A DNA stretch of 61,894 bases from Pseudomonadota bacterium (GTDB taxonomy: Bacteria > Pseudomonadota > Alphaproteobacteria > Sphingomonadales > Sphingomonadaceae): positions 1-61,894 of the forward strand of contig JBKPON010000013.1 of assembly GCA_046733135.1 (NCBI GenBank), written 5' to 3'. The position numbers were made by a program, and so were the translations under genes. The notes below the pieces were generated by a model. It searched no databases. It was not told where the DNA came from and saw nothing but the letters and a program-made list of their open reading frames with translations. Shown here one piece after another: positions 26,312 through 36,452 of this stretch (its first letter is position 1; the number at the start of each line of letters is the position of its first letter).

Positions 26312-26845
26312 CTAGCCGGCTGCCGAGAGCAGCCGCCGGATCTCGCTCATCCGCCAGGAGATGGTGGCTTCGGCAACGCTTAATATGGCGGCGGCCTCGG
26401 CATGGGTCAGCTGCTGGCCGACAACGAGCACCGCCGTCTCCCGATACACCGGCTTCAGCCGAGCCATCGCACTTTCGAGCCAAATGGCGTCATACAGATC
26501 TCGGCCGTCAGGAGCCGGCGTTAGACCAGCGAGCACGGCAAGCTTCTCCGCCACACCCGTAAAAGAGCGCCGCCTTCGCCTAAGGTCGACACAGGCGTTG
26601 AACGTGATTCCGCAAAGCCAGGTCGTGAATTTCGCCTCTCCGCGGAAGCTGCCGAGTTTCTCGACCAGCATGCAGCAGACATCCTGAGCGATGTCGTCGG
26701 CATCAGCGCGAGAACCGATCAGTTGCCAGGCGAGTCCATGGATCCGATCGTAATGTCGGCGGATCAGTTCGGCGAAGGCATCGCGGTTCCCGGCAATTGC
26801 AGCGACCAGAAGATCAGCATCCGGGTCACCACCGAAATCCGCCAT
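26312..26845 (-). CDS. ECF RNA polymerase sigma factor
   Basis: [43 protein letters not shown]. Confidence 0.9.
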   Translation of the reverse strand: MADFGGDPDADLLVAAIAGNRDAFAELIRRHYDRIHGLAWQLIGSRADADDIAQDVCCMLVEKLGSFRGEAKFTTWLCGITFNACVDLRRRRRSFTGVAEKLAVLAGLTPAPDGRDLYDAIWLESAMARLKPVYRETAVLVVGQQLTHAEAAAILSVAEATISWRMSEIRRLLSAAG

Positions 26846-26947
26846 CAATCAACCCGCCGCGCCTGCTGCAAAACCGCGGCTTCCTGTTAACAAGCGTATC
26901 GCGGACGACCAAGCGTTGCCCACTCTCTCTTGCGCTCGGCGCAAAGC

Positions 26948-26965
26948 CTGTCATGGGACTGTCAC
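26948..26965 (+). promoter_or_regulatory. Pho box (PhoB site)
   Basis: CTGTCAT-GGGA-CTGTCAC, 11-bp periodic direct repeat, 20 nt upstream of DUF47-pit. Confidence 0.85.
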
Positions 26966-26985
26966 AATCCGCTGACGGGGGATCA

Positions 26986-27627
26986 ATGTTCGCGTGGTTC
27001 CAGCGCCTGCTGCCCAGGACGGGCGATTTCTTCGGCATGTTCGAAGCCCATGCGACGACGATCGTGGCCGCGGCACGCGCCTTGGAGAAGCTCGTCGACG
27101 GCGAAACCCCGCATAAGGAATATATCGCCGAGATCGATCGGCGCGAGCATGAAGCGGACGAAATCATCCGACAGGTCCTCACCACGATCCGCCGTACGTT
27201 TCTCACGCCGTTCGATCGCGGGGCGATCACCTCGCTGATCGGGGCGATGGACGATGCCATCGACGAAATGCAGTCCACCGCCCGCGCTATCGACACCTAC
27301 GAGCTTGGGCACTTCACCGGTGAGATGAAGCAGATGGTCGGAATGATCGCCGAAGCGGCTTCCTTGACCGCGGAAGCCATGCCGTTGCTGAGGGATATCA
27401 GCCGTAACGGCCCTCGCCTGCACGAGATTACTGAAAAGGTCGTGGGACTGGAGGGCGACGCAGACGACGTGCGCGAGGCGGGACTCAAGAAGGCATTTGC
27501 GGAACAGTCCGACGAGCCGATGCAGTTCATTGTATCGCGCGAGATTTACAAGCATCTGGAACGCGTTACGGACGCCTTCGAGGATGTCGCGAATGAGATC
27601 GACGGCATCGTGATCGATCACGCTTAG
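26986..27627 (+). CDS. DUF47 Pit accessory protein
   Basis: FF.MF, EHEADEI, TFLTPFDR..I..L...MDD, REIY.HLE..TD..EDVAN. Confidence 0.92.
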   Translation: MFAWFQRLLPRTGDFFGMFEAHATTIVAAARALEKLVDGETPHKEYIAEIDRREHEADEIIRQVLTTIRRTFLTPFDRGAITSLIGAMDDAIDEMQSTARAIDTYELGHFTGEMKQMVGMIAEAASLTAEAMPLLRDISRNGPRLHEITEKVVGLEGDADDVREAGLKKAFAEQSDEPMQFIVSREIYKHLERVTDAFEDVANEIDGIVIDHA

Positions 27628-27630
27628 GCG

Positions 27631-28812
27631 ATGCACGAGCTCGCATTTCCGCTGCTCGTCGGCCTGATCGTCGTCGCGCTCGCATTTGACTTCCTGAACG
27701 GTCTGCACGACGCGGCGAACTCCATCGCCACCGTCGTTGGCACGCGCCTGATTAGTCCGGTGGCGGCGGTTGGGTTCGCCGCCTTCTTCAACTTCGCCGC
27801 TTATTTCCTCGCGTTGCAGTGGCCGACGCTGCACAAGGTCGCCGATACGATCGGCACGGGGCTGATCGACAAGGATCTCGTCACGCCCGCGGTCGTCTTC
27901 GGAGCGCTCGTCGGGGCCATGTTCTGGAACGTCGTGACCTGGCTCAAGGGCATTCCGTCTTCGTCGAGCCACGCGCTCGTCGGCGGTATCGTCGGTGCGG
28001 GCATAGCCCATGCGGGGATGGAGGGGATCCAGTGGACCGGACTGAACAAGACACTACTCGCCATCGTCCTGTCGCCAACGCTGGGCCTCATCCTGACCAT
28101 GGCGATCATGCTGGTTACGAGTTGGCTGGGGCTGAAGGCGAGCGCGAGCGGCGCCGAACGAACGTTCCGCGGACTGCACCTGGTATCGGCCGGCGCTTAT
28201 TCGTTGGGCCATGGCCTCAATGACGCCCAGAAGACGATGGGGGTCATCACGGTGCTGCTCTATTCGACCGGTTATTTGAGCGGCGAGTTCCAAGTGCCGC
28301 ATTGGGTGGCTCTCAGCTGCTATGTCGCCATCGGCCTCGGCACGCTGACCGGCGGATGGCGGATCATCGAGACGATGGGGACGCGCATCACGAAACTCAA
28401 TCAGCATCAGGGTTTCTCGGCCTCATTGGGCGGCTCCGTGATGCTGTTCGCCGCCTCGTATCTGGGAATTCCCGTATCGACGACGCACACCATCACGGGA
28501 TGCGTGATCGGAGCCGGTGCCGCTCGGCGCGCCTCTGCCGTGCGGTGGGGAATTGCGCGCAACGTGATGGTCGCGTGGATCATCACCATCCCCGCCTCCG
28601 CGACAGTCGCGGCCTTGTTCTACCTGATCGCCGACGGCTACGTCGGGCGGGCACTCGCCACGGCGGCGATCATTGCGCTCTTCGGTTTCGCGATCTTCGC
28701 CTGGCGCGAGTTCAAGCTTCAGCGTTCGAGTGCGGGACGTCTGAACGCGGCGATCGCCATGATCGGATTCCTCGTGGCCGCGGGCGTGGTGCTCTACGGA
28801 TTGTGGAATTAA
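27631..28812 (+). CDS. pit: Inorganic phosphate transporter (PiT family)
   Basis: NGLHDAANSIAT, GIPSSSSHAL, GHGLNDAQKTMG, PVSTTHTI. Confidence 0.93.
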   Translation: MHELAFPLLVGLIVVALAFDFLNGLHDAANSIATVVGTRLISPVAAVGFAAFFNFAAYFLALQWPTLHKVADTIGTGLIDKDLVTPAVVFGALVGAMFWNVVTWLKGIPSSSSHALVGGIVGAGIAHAGMEGIQWTGLNKTLLAIVLSPTLGLILTMAIMLVTSWLGLKASASGAERTFRGLHLVSAGAYSLGHGLNDAQKTMGVITVLLYSTGYLSGEFQVPHWVALSCYVAIGLGTLTGGWRIIETMGTRITKLNQHQGFSASLGGSVMLFAASYLGIPVSTTHTITGCVIGAGAARRASAVRWGIARNVMVAWIITIPASATVAALFYLIADGYVGRALATAAIIALFGFAIFAWREFKLQRSSAGRLNAAIAMIGFLVAAGVVLYGLWN

Positions 28813-28956
28813 TAACGCATTCGTTTCGCTTGACCGACTCAAGGTGGAGGAGCAGGGCCGGGAGCGGGCCGCGAGTCCAGTTGCGCACCAGCATTCAAGC
28901 GGCAAGTCACGCATTCCGTAACGCGTCTCTCCAATACCCTGACCAGGAGAATGACC

Positions 28957-30243
28957 ATGGCCGAAACGACATCGCCTGACGGCGGTGCGGATATCCTTGC
29001 GCCGACGCAACCCGCTCCCCCGCAAGAGAATGCGCCCAAAGAGACGATCATCCTGGCCGCGGAGGGCGATACATCAATCCGGCCCTTCAACTTCCACGCC
29101 TCCGACGATGAGCTTGTGGACTTGAAGCGGCGGATCGCGGCCACGCGATGGCCCGAGCGCGAGACCGTCAACGACGACACGCAGGGCGTGCAGCTTGCGA
29201 TCATCCAGAAGCTTGCTGATCATTGGCTCAACCATCACGACTGGCGGAAAGTCGAGGCGCGGATCAACTCGTATCCCAACTTTGTGACCGCGGTCGATGG
29301 CCTCGACATGCACTTCATCCACGTAAAGTCCAAACACGAGAACGCGTTGCCGCTGATCGTGACGCACGGCTGGCCCGGGTCGATCATCGAGCAGCTGAAA
29401 ATCATCGAGCCGCTAACCAATCCCACCGCGCACGGCGGAACGGAAGCTGACGCGTTCGACGTCGTCATTCCCTCGATGCCCGGTTACGGATTTTCCGGCA
29501 AACCGAGCACCCCCGGCTGGGGTCCCGAGCGGATCGCGAGTGGCTCAATCGAGCTGATGAAACGTCTCGGCTACCAGAAGTTCGTCGCTTCGGGTGGCGA
29601 CTGGGGCGCGCTGATCACGGATTTCATCGGAGTACAGGCGCCACCGGAACTGCTCGGCATTCACACCAACATGGCGGGCGCGATTCCGCCTCAAATCGAC
29701 GCCGCGGCATTCGCCGGCGCTCCCGCACCCGAGGGGTTAGATGACGAGGAGCGCTATTCTTTCGACCACGTCTCGTTCTTCTATAAGCATGGCCTGGGCT
29801 ATGCGCAGGAGATGGGGAATCGGGCCCAGACCCTGTACGGGCTCGCAGACTCGCCGGTGGCCCTCGCGGCGTGGATCATCGACCATGACATATGGACCTA
29901 TCGGCAGATCGCGCGCGTGTTCGACGGCGAGCCGCTTGGGCTGACGCGCGACGACATCGTCGACAACATCACCCTCTATTGGCTGACCAACACAGGGGTG
30001 TCCTCGGCGCGACTCTATTGGGAGAACAAGAACGCCTTCTTCGCTCCGAAGGGCGTCAACGTTCCAACAGTAGTGAGCGCCTTCCCGGAGGAGATATGCC
30101 CAATTCCGCGCAAGTGGGCGGAAAAAGCATATCCCAAGCTGCTCTATTATCAGAAGCATCCTGAGGGTGCGCACTTCGCGGCGTGGGAGCAGCCGAAGGC
30201 ATTGGTCGACGACCTGCGCAACGGCTTCCGGTCGTTGCGTTAA
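28957..30243 (+). CDS. Epoxide hydrolase (EHN plus alpha/beta hydrolase)
   Basis: IRPF, TRWP, HGWPGS, PSMPGYGFS, GGDWGA, AHFAAWEQP. Confidence 0.92.
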   Translation: MAETTSPDGGADILAPTQPAPPQENAPKETIILAAEGDTSIRPFNFHASDDELVDLKRRIAATRWPERETVNDDTQGVQLAIIQKLADHWLNHHDWRKVEARINSYPNFVTAVDGLDMHFIHVKSKHENALPLIVTHGWPGSIIEQLKIIEPLTNPTAHGGTEADAFDVVIPSMPGYGFSGKPSTPGWGPERIASGSIELMKRLGYQKFVASGGDWGALITDFIGVQAPPELLGIHTNMAGAIPPQIDAAAFAGAPAPEGLDDEERYSFDHVSFFYKHGLGYAQEMGNRAQTLYGLADSPVALAAWIIDHDIWTYRQIARVFDGEPLGLTRDDIVDNITLYWLTNTGVSSARLYWENKNAFFAPKGVNVPTVVSAFPEEICPIPRKWAEKAYPKLLYYQKHPEGAHFAAWEQPKALVDDLRNGFRSLR

Positions 30244-30632
30244 TGCTCTGGCTCATATGGGCCGCCGGGTTGATCGGGGGCGCGGTGCAAGCCGCGCCTC
30301 CTTCACGCCCTCCGGGCACCACGCGCACCGATCTCCAGCGCCATGATCTCAGCGTGAAGGGATGGGAGACACTCCAGGCCCGCGTGGATTTCGCGCCCGA
30401 AGCATCCTTTCCAAGGCATAAGCACCCGGGCGAGGAGATCATCTACGTCCTCGAAGGAAGTCTCGAATATCAGGTCGCCGGCAGTCCGCCCGTGGTACTG
30501 AAGGCCGGCGACGTGTTGTTCGTGCCCTACGGAACGGTTCATTCGGCACGCAACGTCGGTACCAGCCCAGCCGCCGAACTCGCGACCTATGTCGTCGAAA
30601 AAGGTAAGCCCCTCACCGAAATCGTGAAATGA
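30243..30632 (+). CDS. Secreted cupin-domain protein
   Basis: TAATG overlap; signal peptide; HKHPGEEIIYVLEG, VPYGTVHSARN, YVVEKGKP. Confidence 0.85.
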   Translation: MLWLIWAAGLIGGAVQAAPPSRPPGTTRTDLQRHDLSVKGWETLQARVDFAPEASFPRHKHPGEEIIYVLEGSLEYQVAGSPPVVLKAGDVLFVPYGTVHSARNVGTSPAAELATYVVEKGKPLTEIVK

Positions 30633-31297
30633 AGGGACACCTTCCGGAGGAGCTGAGGCCGACCAATCGACGCATCGAATCCTTCTCTGACGCGGTGTTC
30701 GCGATTGCGGTGACGATCATGGTGCTCGAGATTCGAATCCCCGACAGCCTTGCCTTCACAGACGACCCAGTCGCGCTCGAGCATTTCGTCGCGTTGATCG
30801 CGACCTATGCGGTGAGCTTCGTCGTTGTGGGAATTCTCTGGGCCAGCCACCACTATCTCATCTTCACTCTGCCCAATGCCGATCGGAGCACGCTGTGGCT
30901 CAATAATTTCGTGCTCTTCTGGGTGACTCTGATTCCGATCGTCGCGCGTTTCTTCGGGCTTCACCCCACCTCCTCGCGAGCAGCGGCCGCCTATGCGTTC
31001 GTAATCATGATGTGCACGCTCGCCTTCACCATCCTTCGTCGCCACGCGTCGAAGGTCAGTCACAATGAGCTGCACCGCGCGATCCACCGCGGCGTCTCCC
31101 GGCGGGCCTGGATTGCGATCGCGCTTTATACAGCGGCGATCCCGCTGGCTTTCCTCAACATCAAGCTTGCGTGGATCCTTCTTGCGCTCCTTCCGGCGCT
31201 GTTTTTCCTGCCCATCGTTCGGCGGCCTATGGAGTGGGGGTTTCTCCCCCAGGCAGAACGGCAAATGTTGATTCAGAAATCTGAAGGCAACGGATGA
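30629..31297 (+). CDS. TMEM175 (DUF1211) family channel
   Basis: RIESFSDAVFAIAVTIMVLEI signature, W..HH, six TM. Confidence 0.9.
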   Translation: MKGHLPEELRPTNRRIESFSDAVFAIAVTIMVLEIRIPDSLAFTDDPVALEHFVALIATYAVSFVVVGILWASHHYLIFTLPNADRSTLWLNNFVLFWVTLIPIVARFFGLHPTSSRAAAAYAFVIMMCTLAFTILRRHASKVSHNELHRAIHRGVSRRAWIAIALYTAAIPLAFLNIKLAWILLALLPALFFLPIVRRPMEWGFLPQAERQMLIQKSEGNG

Positions 31298-31337
31298 CCG
31301 CCCCCTCCCGATTGACTCTCAGTACGCCTATAAATAA

Positions 31338-31353
31338 CTGACTGGTCAGTCAG
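31338..31353. promoter_or_regulatory. TetR operator palindrome
   Basis: CTGACTG-GT-CAGTCAG between a TTGACT promoter element (31312) and the tetR RBS. Confidence 0.75.
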
Positions 31354-31362
31354 GAGTGAGTC

Positions 31363-31992
31363 GTGCGCCAACCCAAATGGCAGAGGCGGGCCGAGGAGCG
31401 ACCGCGGGAGATCTGCGCGGCGGCCCTCGAGGTGTTCGCGGAGAAGGGTTTCGCCGCCGCCCGGCTCGACGAAATTGCGCGGCGCGCGGGCGTGTCGAAG
31501 GGCACGCTCTACCTATACTTCAAAGACAAGGATGATCTGTTTCGCGCCGTCGTGCGCGACACGATCGCTCCGAACATCGCCACTATCCGCGATAGCTTGA
31601 TGGATGCCGATCTGCCCTTTGCCGAGCTGGTGCGCACCCTCCTTTCGCGGTTCGTGGAGATCGCCGCACGCGTTCCCGTTGGGGCGGTGGCAAAGATGGT
31701 CATCGGCGAGTCGGGAAATTTCCCGGAGCTCGCGAAGGTCTATCACGACCTCGTCGTATCGCAGGCCATCGGAATGATCGCGGCGCTGATCGAGAAAGCA
31801 CAGAAGAAGGGCGAAGTCCGCGCCGGCGACCCCCGCATTCACGCGATGAGCCTCATGGGCCCGATGCTGATGGGAATCTTGTGGCGCGCGACCCTGCAGC
31901 CGGTTGGCGCCAAGCCGATCGACCTGGAACTGTTGGCGCGGCAGCATGCGGAAACGGTGTTGACCGGTCTCCTGACGGAGCCGGCGCGGTGA
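31363..31992 (+). CDS. TetR/AcrR family regulator
   Basis: AALEVFAEKGF..RLDEIARRAGVSKGTLYLYF. Confidence 0.93.
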   Translation: MRQPKWQRRAEERPREICAAALEVFAEKGFAAARLDEIARRAGVSKGTLYLYFKDKDDLFRAVVRDTIAPNIATIRDSLMDADLPFAELVRTLLSRFVEIAARVPVGAVAKMVIGESGNFPELAKVYHDLVVSQAIGMIAALIEKAQKKGEVRAGDPRIHAMSLMGPMLMGILWRATLQPVGAKPIDLELLARQHAETVLTGLLTEPAR

Positions 31993-33452
31993 AACCAGTC
32001 TCAATCCTTGGCGCGCTGTTGCTCGCCGGCTGCACAGTCGGCCCGAACTACAGCCGGCCCAACGCCACCGTTCCGGAGAGCTATGCGGAGCAGCTTTCGC
32101 AACCCGGCCCGACGGATGCCGAGCTTGCGGGCTGGTGGAGCCGCTTCGGTGATCCGCTGCTCGACGAACTCGTCAATCGCGCCTTGGCGCAAAACCTTGA
32201 CGTGCAGACCGCCGCGTCGCGGATCCGCGAAGCGCGCGCGAGAGAAATCGTCGCTGGCGCTGTAGCGCTGCCCGAGCTCGACGCCCAGGCTTCCGCGACC
32301 CGCCAACGGATCAGCGAGAATGCCATTCCGATTCCGCCGGGTGCGGGCAGCGGCGGCGGTTCCGGCAGCGGCGGCACCTTCGGTCTTCCGGGGACCGAGT
32401 TCAGCACCTTCCGCATCGGCTTCGACGCCAGTTGGGAACTTGACTTGTTCGGCAAGACGCGCCGCTCGATCGAGGCGGCGCGAGCGCGCACCGGCGCGGC
32501 GCTGTGGAATCGGCGCGACCTGCAGGTAACGGCTGTGGCCGAGGTGGCGAACGCCTATTTCCGGCTGCGGGAATTGCAGGCGCGGATCGGCACGGCCGAG
32601 GCGGAACTCGCGCGGCAGGAACGATTCGAGCGGCTGGTCGCGGCGCGGGCTCGCGGCGGACTGGTGACCGGTCAGGATTTGGAACAGCAACGCTCCGAGC
32701 GATCGACGGCGGCTGCGGCCATACCGGAGCTCAAGGCCCAAGCCGATGCGCAGATCCACGCGCTTGGCCTGCTGACCGGCGACACTCCAGAAGCGCTCGT
32801 GAGGCAATTGAGCACGCCGGCGGCGCTGCCGGCGACGGCTTTCGCAGTGCCGCCGGGATTGCCGTCGGACTTGTTGCGCCGTCGGCCCGACATCCGCTCG
32901 GCCGAGCGGGAGCTTGCCGGCTCGACCGCGGACATCGGAGTTGCAGTCGCCGACCTCTATCCCCGTTTCTCCCTGACGGCCGCGCCCGCACTCGTCAGCA
33001 CGGCGCTGGCCTCGTTGCTCGAATGGGGCAGCCGCAGCTTCTCGGTCGGAGCTTCGCTCGATTGGCCGATCTTCAACGCCCACCGGACGCGCGGCAACAT
33101 TGCCGTCGCCAACGCGCGCCAGGAGCAGGCCCTCATTGCCTATCGCAAGACCGTGCTGAGCGCGTTGCGGGACGTCGAGGACGCGCTTTCGCGGACCGAC
33201 GCCGATCGCAATCAACTCTCCGATCTCGAGCAGGCCCTACACAATGCCAGACGCGCCGAGGGAATTGCGCGGACTCGTTACCAGGGCGGGCTCGTCACTC
33301 TTTCCGATGTGCTGCTCGCACAGCAGCAGCGTCTCAAGCTGGAGGATCAGGTGATCGAAACCAGGAGTGCGCTCGCGCGCGATACGGCAGCCTTGTTCAA
33401 GGCGCTCGGCGGAGGGTGGCCGGAACTGGCGACAGCGGAGGCGCAACCGTGA
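31989..33452 (+). CDS. Outer membrane efflux lipoprotein (NodT/OprM family)
   Basis: LAGCTVGPNY, WELDLFG, LLRRRPDI, KALGGGW; GTGA coupling. Confidence 0.93.
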   Translation: MKPVSILGALLLAGCTVGPNYSRPNATVPESYAEQLSQPGPTDAELAGWWSRFGDPLLDELVNRALAQNLDVQTAASRIREARAREIVAGAVALPELDAQASATRQRISENAIPIPPGAGSGGGSGSGGTFGLPGTEFSTFRIGFDASWELDLFGKTRRSIEAARARTGAALWNRRDLQVTAVAEVANAYFRLRELQARIGTAEAELARQERFERLVAARARGGLVTGQDLEQQRSERSTAAAAIPELKAQADAQIHALGLLTGDTPEALVRQLSTPAALPATAFAVPPGLPSDLLRRRPDIRSAERELAGSTADIGVAVADLYPRFSLTAAPALVSTALASLLEWGSRSFSVGASLDWPIFNAHRTRGNIAVANARQEQALIAYRKTVLSALRDVEDALSRTDADRNQLSDLEQALHNARRAEGIARTRYQGGLVTLSDVLLAQQQRLKLEDQVIETRSALARDTAALFKALGGGWPELATAEAQP

Positions 33453-34393
33453 GCCGCTTTCGTCCGATCGTCATCGTCGTCCTGATCATCGCCGCGGCGG
33501 CGGTCGCCTGGTACCTGCTAGGCGGGTCGAAACGTGAGCGCACGCTGTCCGGCTATATCGAGGGAGAAAATCTATATCTCGCCGCGCCGGTCTCCGGCAC
33601 CGTGGAGACGGTTTCGGCGGTCGAGGGAGCGCGCGTTTCCGCGGGCCAACCATTGTTCCGGATCGAACCGGCCACGCTCACGGCACAGGGGCAGCAGGCC
33701 GCCGCCAGTGTCGCGGCCGCGCGGACCGAGATCGCTTCCGCCGAGGCGCAGGCGCAACAGGCAGACGCGGATGTTTCCGCCGCGAGCGCCGACGCGGCGA
33801 AGGCGCGCCAGGACCTTGCGCGCCTGCTCTCGGTCAAGCGCGCCGATTCCGCCGCTGTTGCCGGCAAGGACATCGACGCGGCGAATGCGGCGCTGCGTAA
33901 TGCGAACGCGCGCGTCACTGCGGCGCAGAAGACCGCGCAAGCACGGCGTGCGCAAGTCGTCGCCTCGCGCGCCCAGGCCGAGCAGGCACGGGGCGGTGCA
34001 CGCGAGGTGGAGATTCGCGTGGGCCAGCTTGCTCCAGCGGCACCGTCGCCGGCGCGGGTCGAGGACGTGTTCTTCCAGCGTGGCGAATGGGTGAACGCCA
34101 ACCAGGCGGTCGTCAGCCTGATTCCCGACAATAAGGTGAAGGTGCGCTTCTTCGTACCGGAGGACCAAATCGCGCGTTATCGCCCGGGACGGAATATCCG
34201 CTTCTCTTGCGACAGCTGCGGCGGCGGGCTTGCCGCGACCATTCGCTACGTCAGCCCGCGACCGGAGTTCACTCCGCCGATCATTTATAGCCGCGACAGC
34301 CGCGACCGGCTGGTCTTTATGGTCGAGGCCTATCCTGACCGGCCGGCCGGCCTTCAGCCAGGCCTTCCCGTCGACGTGGAGCCATTGCCGTGA
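33449..34393 (+). CDS. HlyD family periplasmic adaptor
   Basis: TM anchor, SGYIEG, Ala-rich hairpin, PEFTPP.IYS, LQPGLPVDV. Confidence 0.9.
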   Translation: MSRFRPIVIVVLIIAAAAVAWYLLGGSKRERTLSGYIEGENLYLAAPVSGTVETVSAVEGARVSAGQPLFRIEPATLTAQGQQAAASVAAARTEIASAEAQAQQADADVSAASADAAKARQDLARLLSVKRADSAAVAGKDIDAANAALRNANARVTAAQKTAQARRAQVVASRAQAEQARGGAREVEIRVGQLAPAAPSPARVEDVFFQRGEWVNANQAVVSLIPDNKVKVRFFVPEDQIARYRPGRNIRFSCDSCGGGLAATIRYVSPRPEFTPPIIYSRDSRDRLVFMVEAYPDRPAGLQPGLPVDVEPLP

Positions 34394-35316
34394 CGCTTGC
34401 CATCGACGTCAAGGACCTCAGCAAGAGGTTCGGCTCGCTTCAGGCGGTCAATCATGTCTCGATAGCGATCGAACAGGGACATATCACCGGCTTCCTCGGC
34501 CCGAACGGCTCGGGGAAAACGACGACCCTGCGAATGCTTTGCGGACTGCTGACGCCCGACAACGGCCATGGCCAGGTGCTCGGGCTCGACTTCCCCCGCC
34601 AGTCGGAGGCGATCAAGCGCCAGACCGGCTATATGACCCAGCGATTTTCGCTCTACGAAGACCTGACGATCGAGGAGAACCTCACGTTCATCGCCCGCGT
34701 CTATGGACTCGATCACGTAGCTGACCGAGTCACCGCTTCGCTCGACAAGCTTGGCCTCATCAATCGGCGCAAGCAGCTCGCCAGCCAGCTTTCGGGCGGT
34801 TGGAAGCAACGATTGGCGTTGGCGGCCGCGGTGCTGCACGAACCCAAGCTGCTGCTGCTCGACGAGCCGACGGCGGGCGTCGACCCGCAGGCGCGGCGCG
34901 ACTTCTGGGACGAGATCCACCGCCTCTCCGACGAAGGAATAACGGTGCTCGTTTCGACCCACTACATGGACGAGGCGGAGCGCTGTCACGAGATCGCTTA
35001 CATCTTTAACGGCAACCTCATAGCGCGCGGTACGTCGGAAGCCGTCATCGCGGAATCCGGGCTCATCACCTTTGAGGCGGAAGGGCCGCGCGCCGACCGT
35101 CTAGGAAGCGAGCTCACGGGCAAGCCGGGAGTCGAAATGGTTGCGCCGTTCGGGCCGGCGCTTCACGTGAGCGGGAGGGATCGCGCGGCGCTGGAGCGCG
35201 CCATCAAGCCGTATCGCCACGATCCGTACCGTTGGACCGAGGTCGAGCCTTCGCTCGAAGATGTATTCATCGACCTGATGCGCCGTAACGCACCGCCCGA
35301 GCAGCGCGCGGCATGA
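34390..35316 (+). CDS. ABC transporter ATP-binding protein
   Basis: GPNGSGKT, LSGGWKQR, LLLDEPT, STHYMDEAE. Confidence 0.95.
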   Translation: MTLAIDVKDLSKRFGSLQAVNHVSIAIEQGHITGFLGPNGSGKTTTLRMLCGLLTPDNGHGQVLGLDFPRQSEAIKRQTGYMTQRFSLYEDLTIEENLTFIARVYGLDHVADRVTASLDKLGLINRRKQLASQLSGGWKQRLALAAAVLHEPKLLLLDEPTAGVDPQARRDFWDEIHRLSDEGITVLVSTHYMDEAERCHEIAYIFNGNLIARGTSEAVIAESGLITFEAEGPRADRLGSELTGKPGVEMVAPFGPALHVSGRDRAALERAIKPYRHDPYRWTEVEPSLEDVFIDLMRRNAPPEQRAA

Positions 35317-36452
35317 TGGGGCTGTCCTTGTCGCGGATCCTCGCGATCCTCTCCAAGGAGTTCACCCAGCTCGTCCGCGACCGGCTGACCTATGCGATGA
35401 TCATTGGCGTTCCGGTCTTTCAGCTGCTGTTGTTCGGATATGCGATCAACTCGGATCCCAAGCATTTGCCGACCGCCGTGCTGGTGCAGGACCAAGGGCA
35501 GTTTTCCCGTTCGATCCTCGGGGCGCTTGATCACAGCAAATATTTCGACCTTCGCCACGTAGCGCGCAGCCCGGCGGAAATGGATGCGCTGATCGAGCGG
35601 GGCGCGGTTCAATTCGCGGTTACGATCCCCGGTGATTTCACCCGCCGGGTGGTCAAGCGCGACAATGCGCAGATTCTGGTCGAGGCCGACGCATCGGACC
35701 CCGCGGCAACCGGGGGCGCCGTCGCCGCGCTCGCCGCACTGCCGCAATATGCGTTGATGCATGATCTCAAAGGTCCGCTCGCGTCCGCCGCTCCTCCCCA
35801 GGTACCTCCACCGTTCGAGGTGGTGGTCCAGCGCCGCTACAATCCCGAAAGCATCACTGCCTACAACATCGTCCCTGGCCTCGTAGCGACGATCCTCACC
35901 ATGACGTTGGTCATGATGACCGCGCTCGCCATGACTCGCGAGGTGGAGCGCGGGACGATGGAGACCCTGCTGTCGACTCCGGTACGGCCGATCGAGGTCA
36001 TGATCGGAAAGCTGGCACCCTATGTGATGGTCGGGATCATCCAGGCGACGCTGATCATCACCATGGCCCGGCTGCTGTTCGGCGTTCCGATGGCGGGCGG
36101 TTGGCCGGCGCTAATCCTCGGCCTGTTCCTGTTCATCGTCGGCAGTCTCTCGCTCGGCTTTCTGGTCTCCACGGTCGCGCGCAACCAGCTGCAAGCGATG
36201 CAGATGACCTTCTTCTATTTCTTGCCGTCGATCCTGCTGTCCGGCTTCCTCTTTCCGTTCCGCGGAATGCCGCAATGGGCGCAATGGATCGGCACGGCGG
36301 TCCCGGTGACGCACATGCTCCGCGTGGTGCGCGGCTCCATGTTGAAAGGGGTCGGCATCGCCGACGCTTTACCAAGCCTTGGCGCGCTGACGATCTTCAT
36401 GCTGGTCGTCGCGACGATTGCGGTCAGGCAGTACCGGACAACCCTCGACTGA
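35313..36452 (+). CDS. ABC-2 type permease (YbhR/S-like)
   Basis: KEF.QL.RD, YNP, REVERGTME.LL.TP, LLSGFLFP..GMP. Confidence 0.92.
   Translation: MMGLSLSRILAILSKEFTQLVRDRLTYAMIIGVPVFQLLLFGYAINSDPKHLPTAVLVQDQGQFSRSILGALDHSKYFDLRHVARSPAEMDALIERGAVQFAVTIPGDFTRRVVKRDNAQILVEADASDPAATGGAVAALAALPQYALMHDLKGPLASAAPPQVPPPFEVVVQRRYNPESITAYNIVPGLVATILTMTLVMMTALAMTREVERGTMETLLSTPVRPIEVMIGKLAPYVMVGIIQATLIITMARLLFGVPMAGGWPALILGLFLFIVGSLSLGFLVSTVARNQLQAMQMTFFYFLPSILLSGFLFPFRGMPQWAQWIGTAVPVTHMLRVVRGSMLKGVGIADALPSLGALTIFMLVVATIAVRQYRTTLD

Noticed and set aside
11650-28961. Identical 17-mer AGGAGAATGACCATGGC at 11650 and 28945
   Set aside because: Mostly RBS plus start codons of unrelated genes; no flanking similarity
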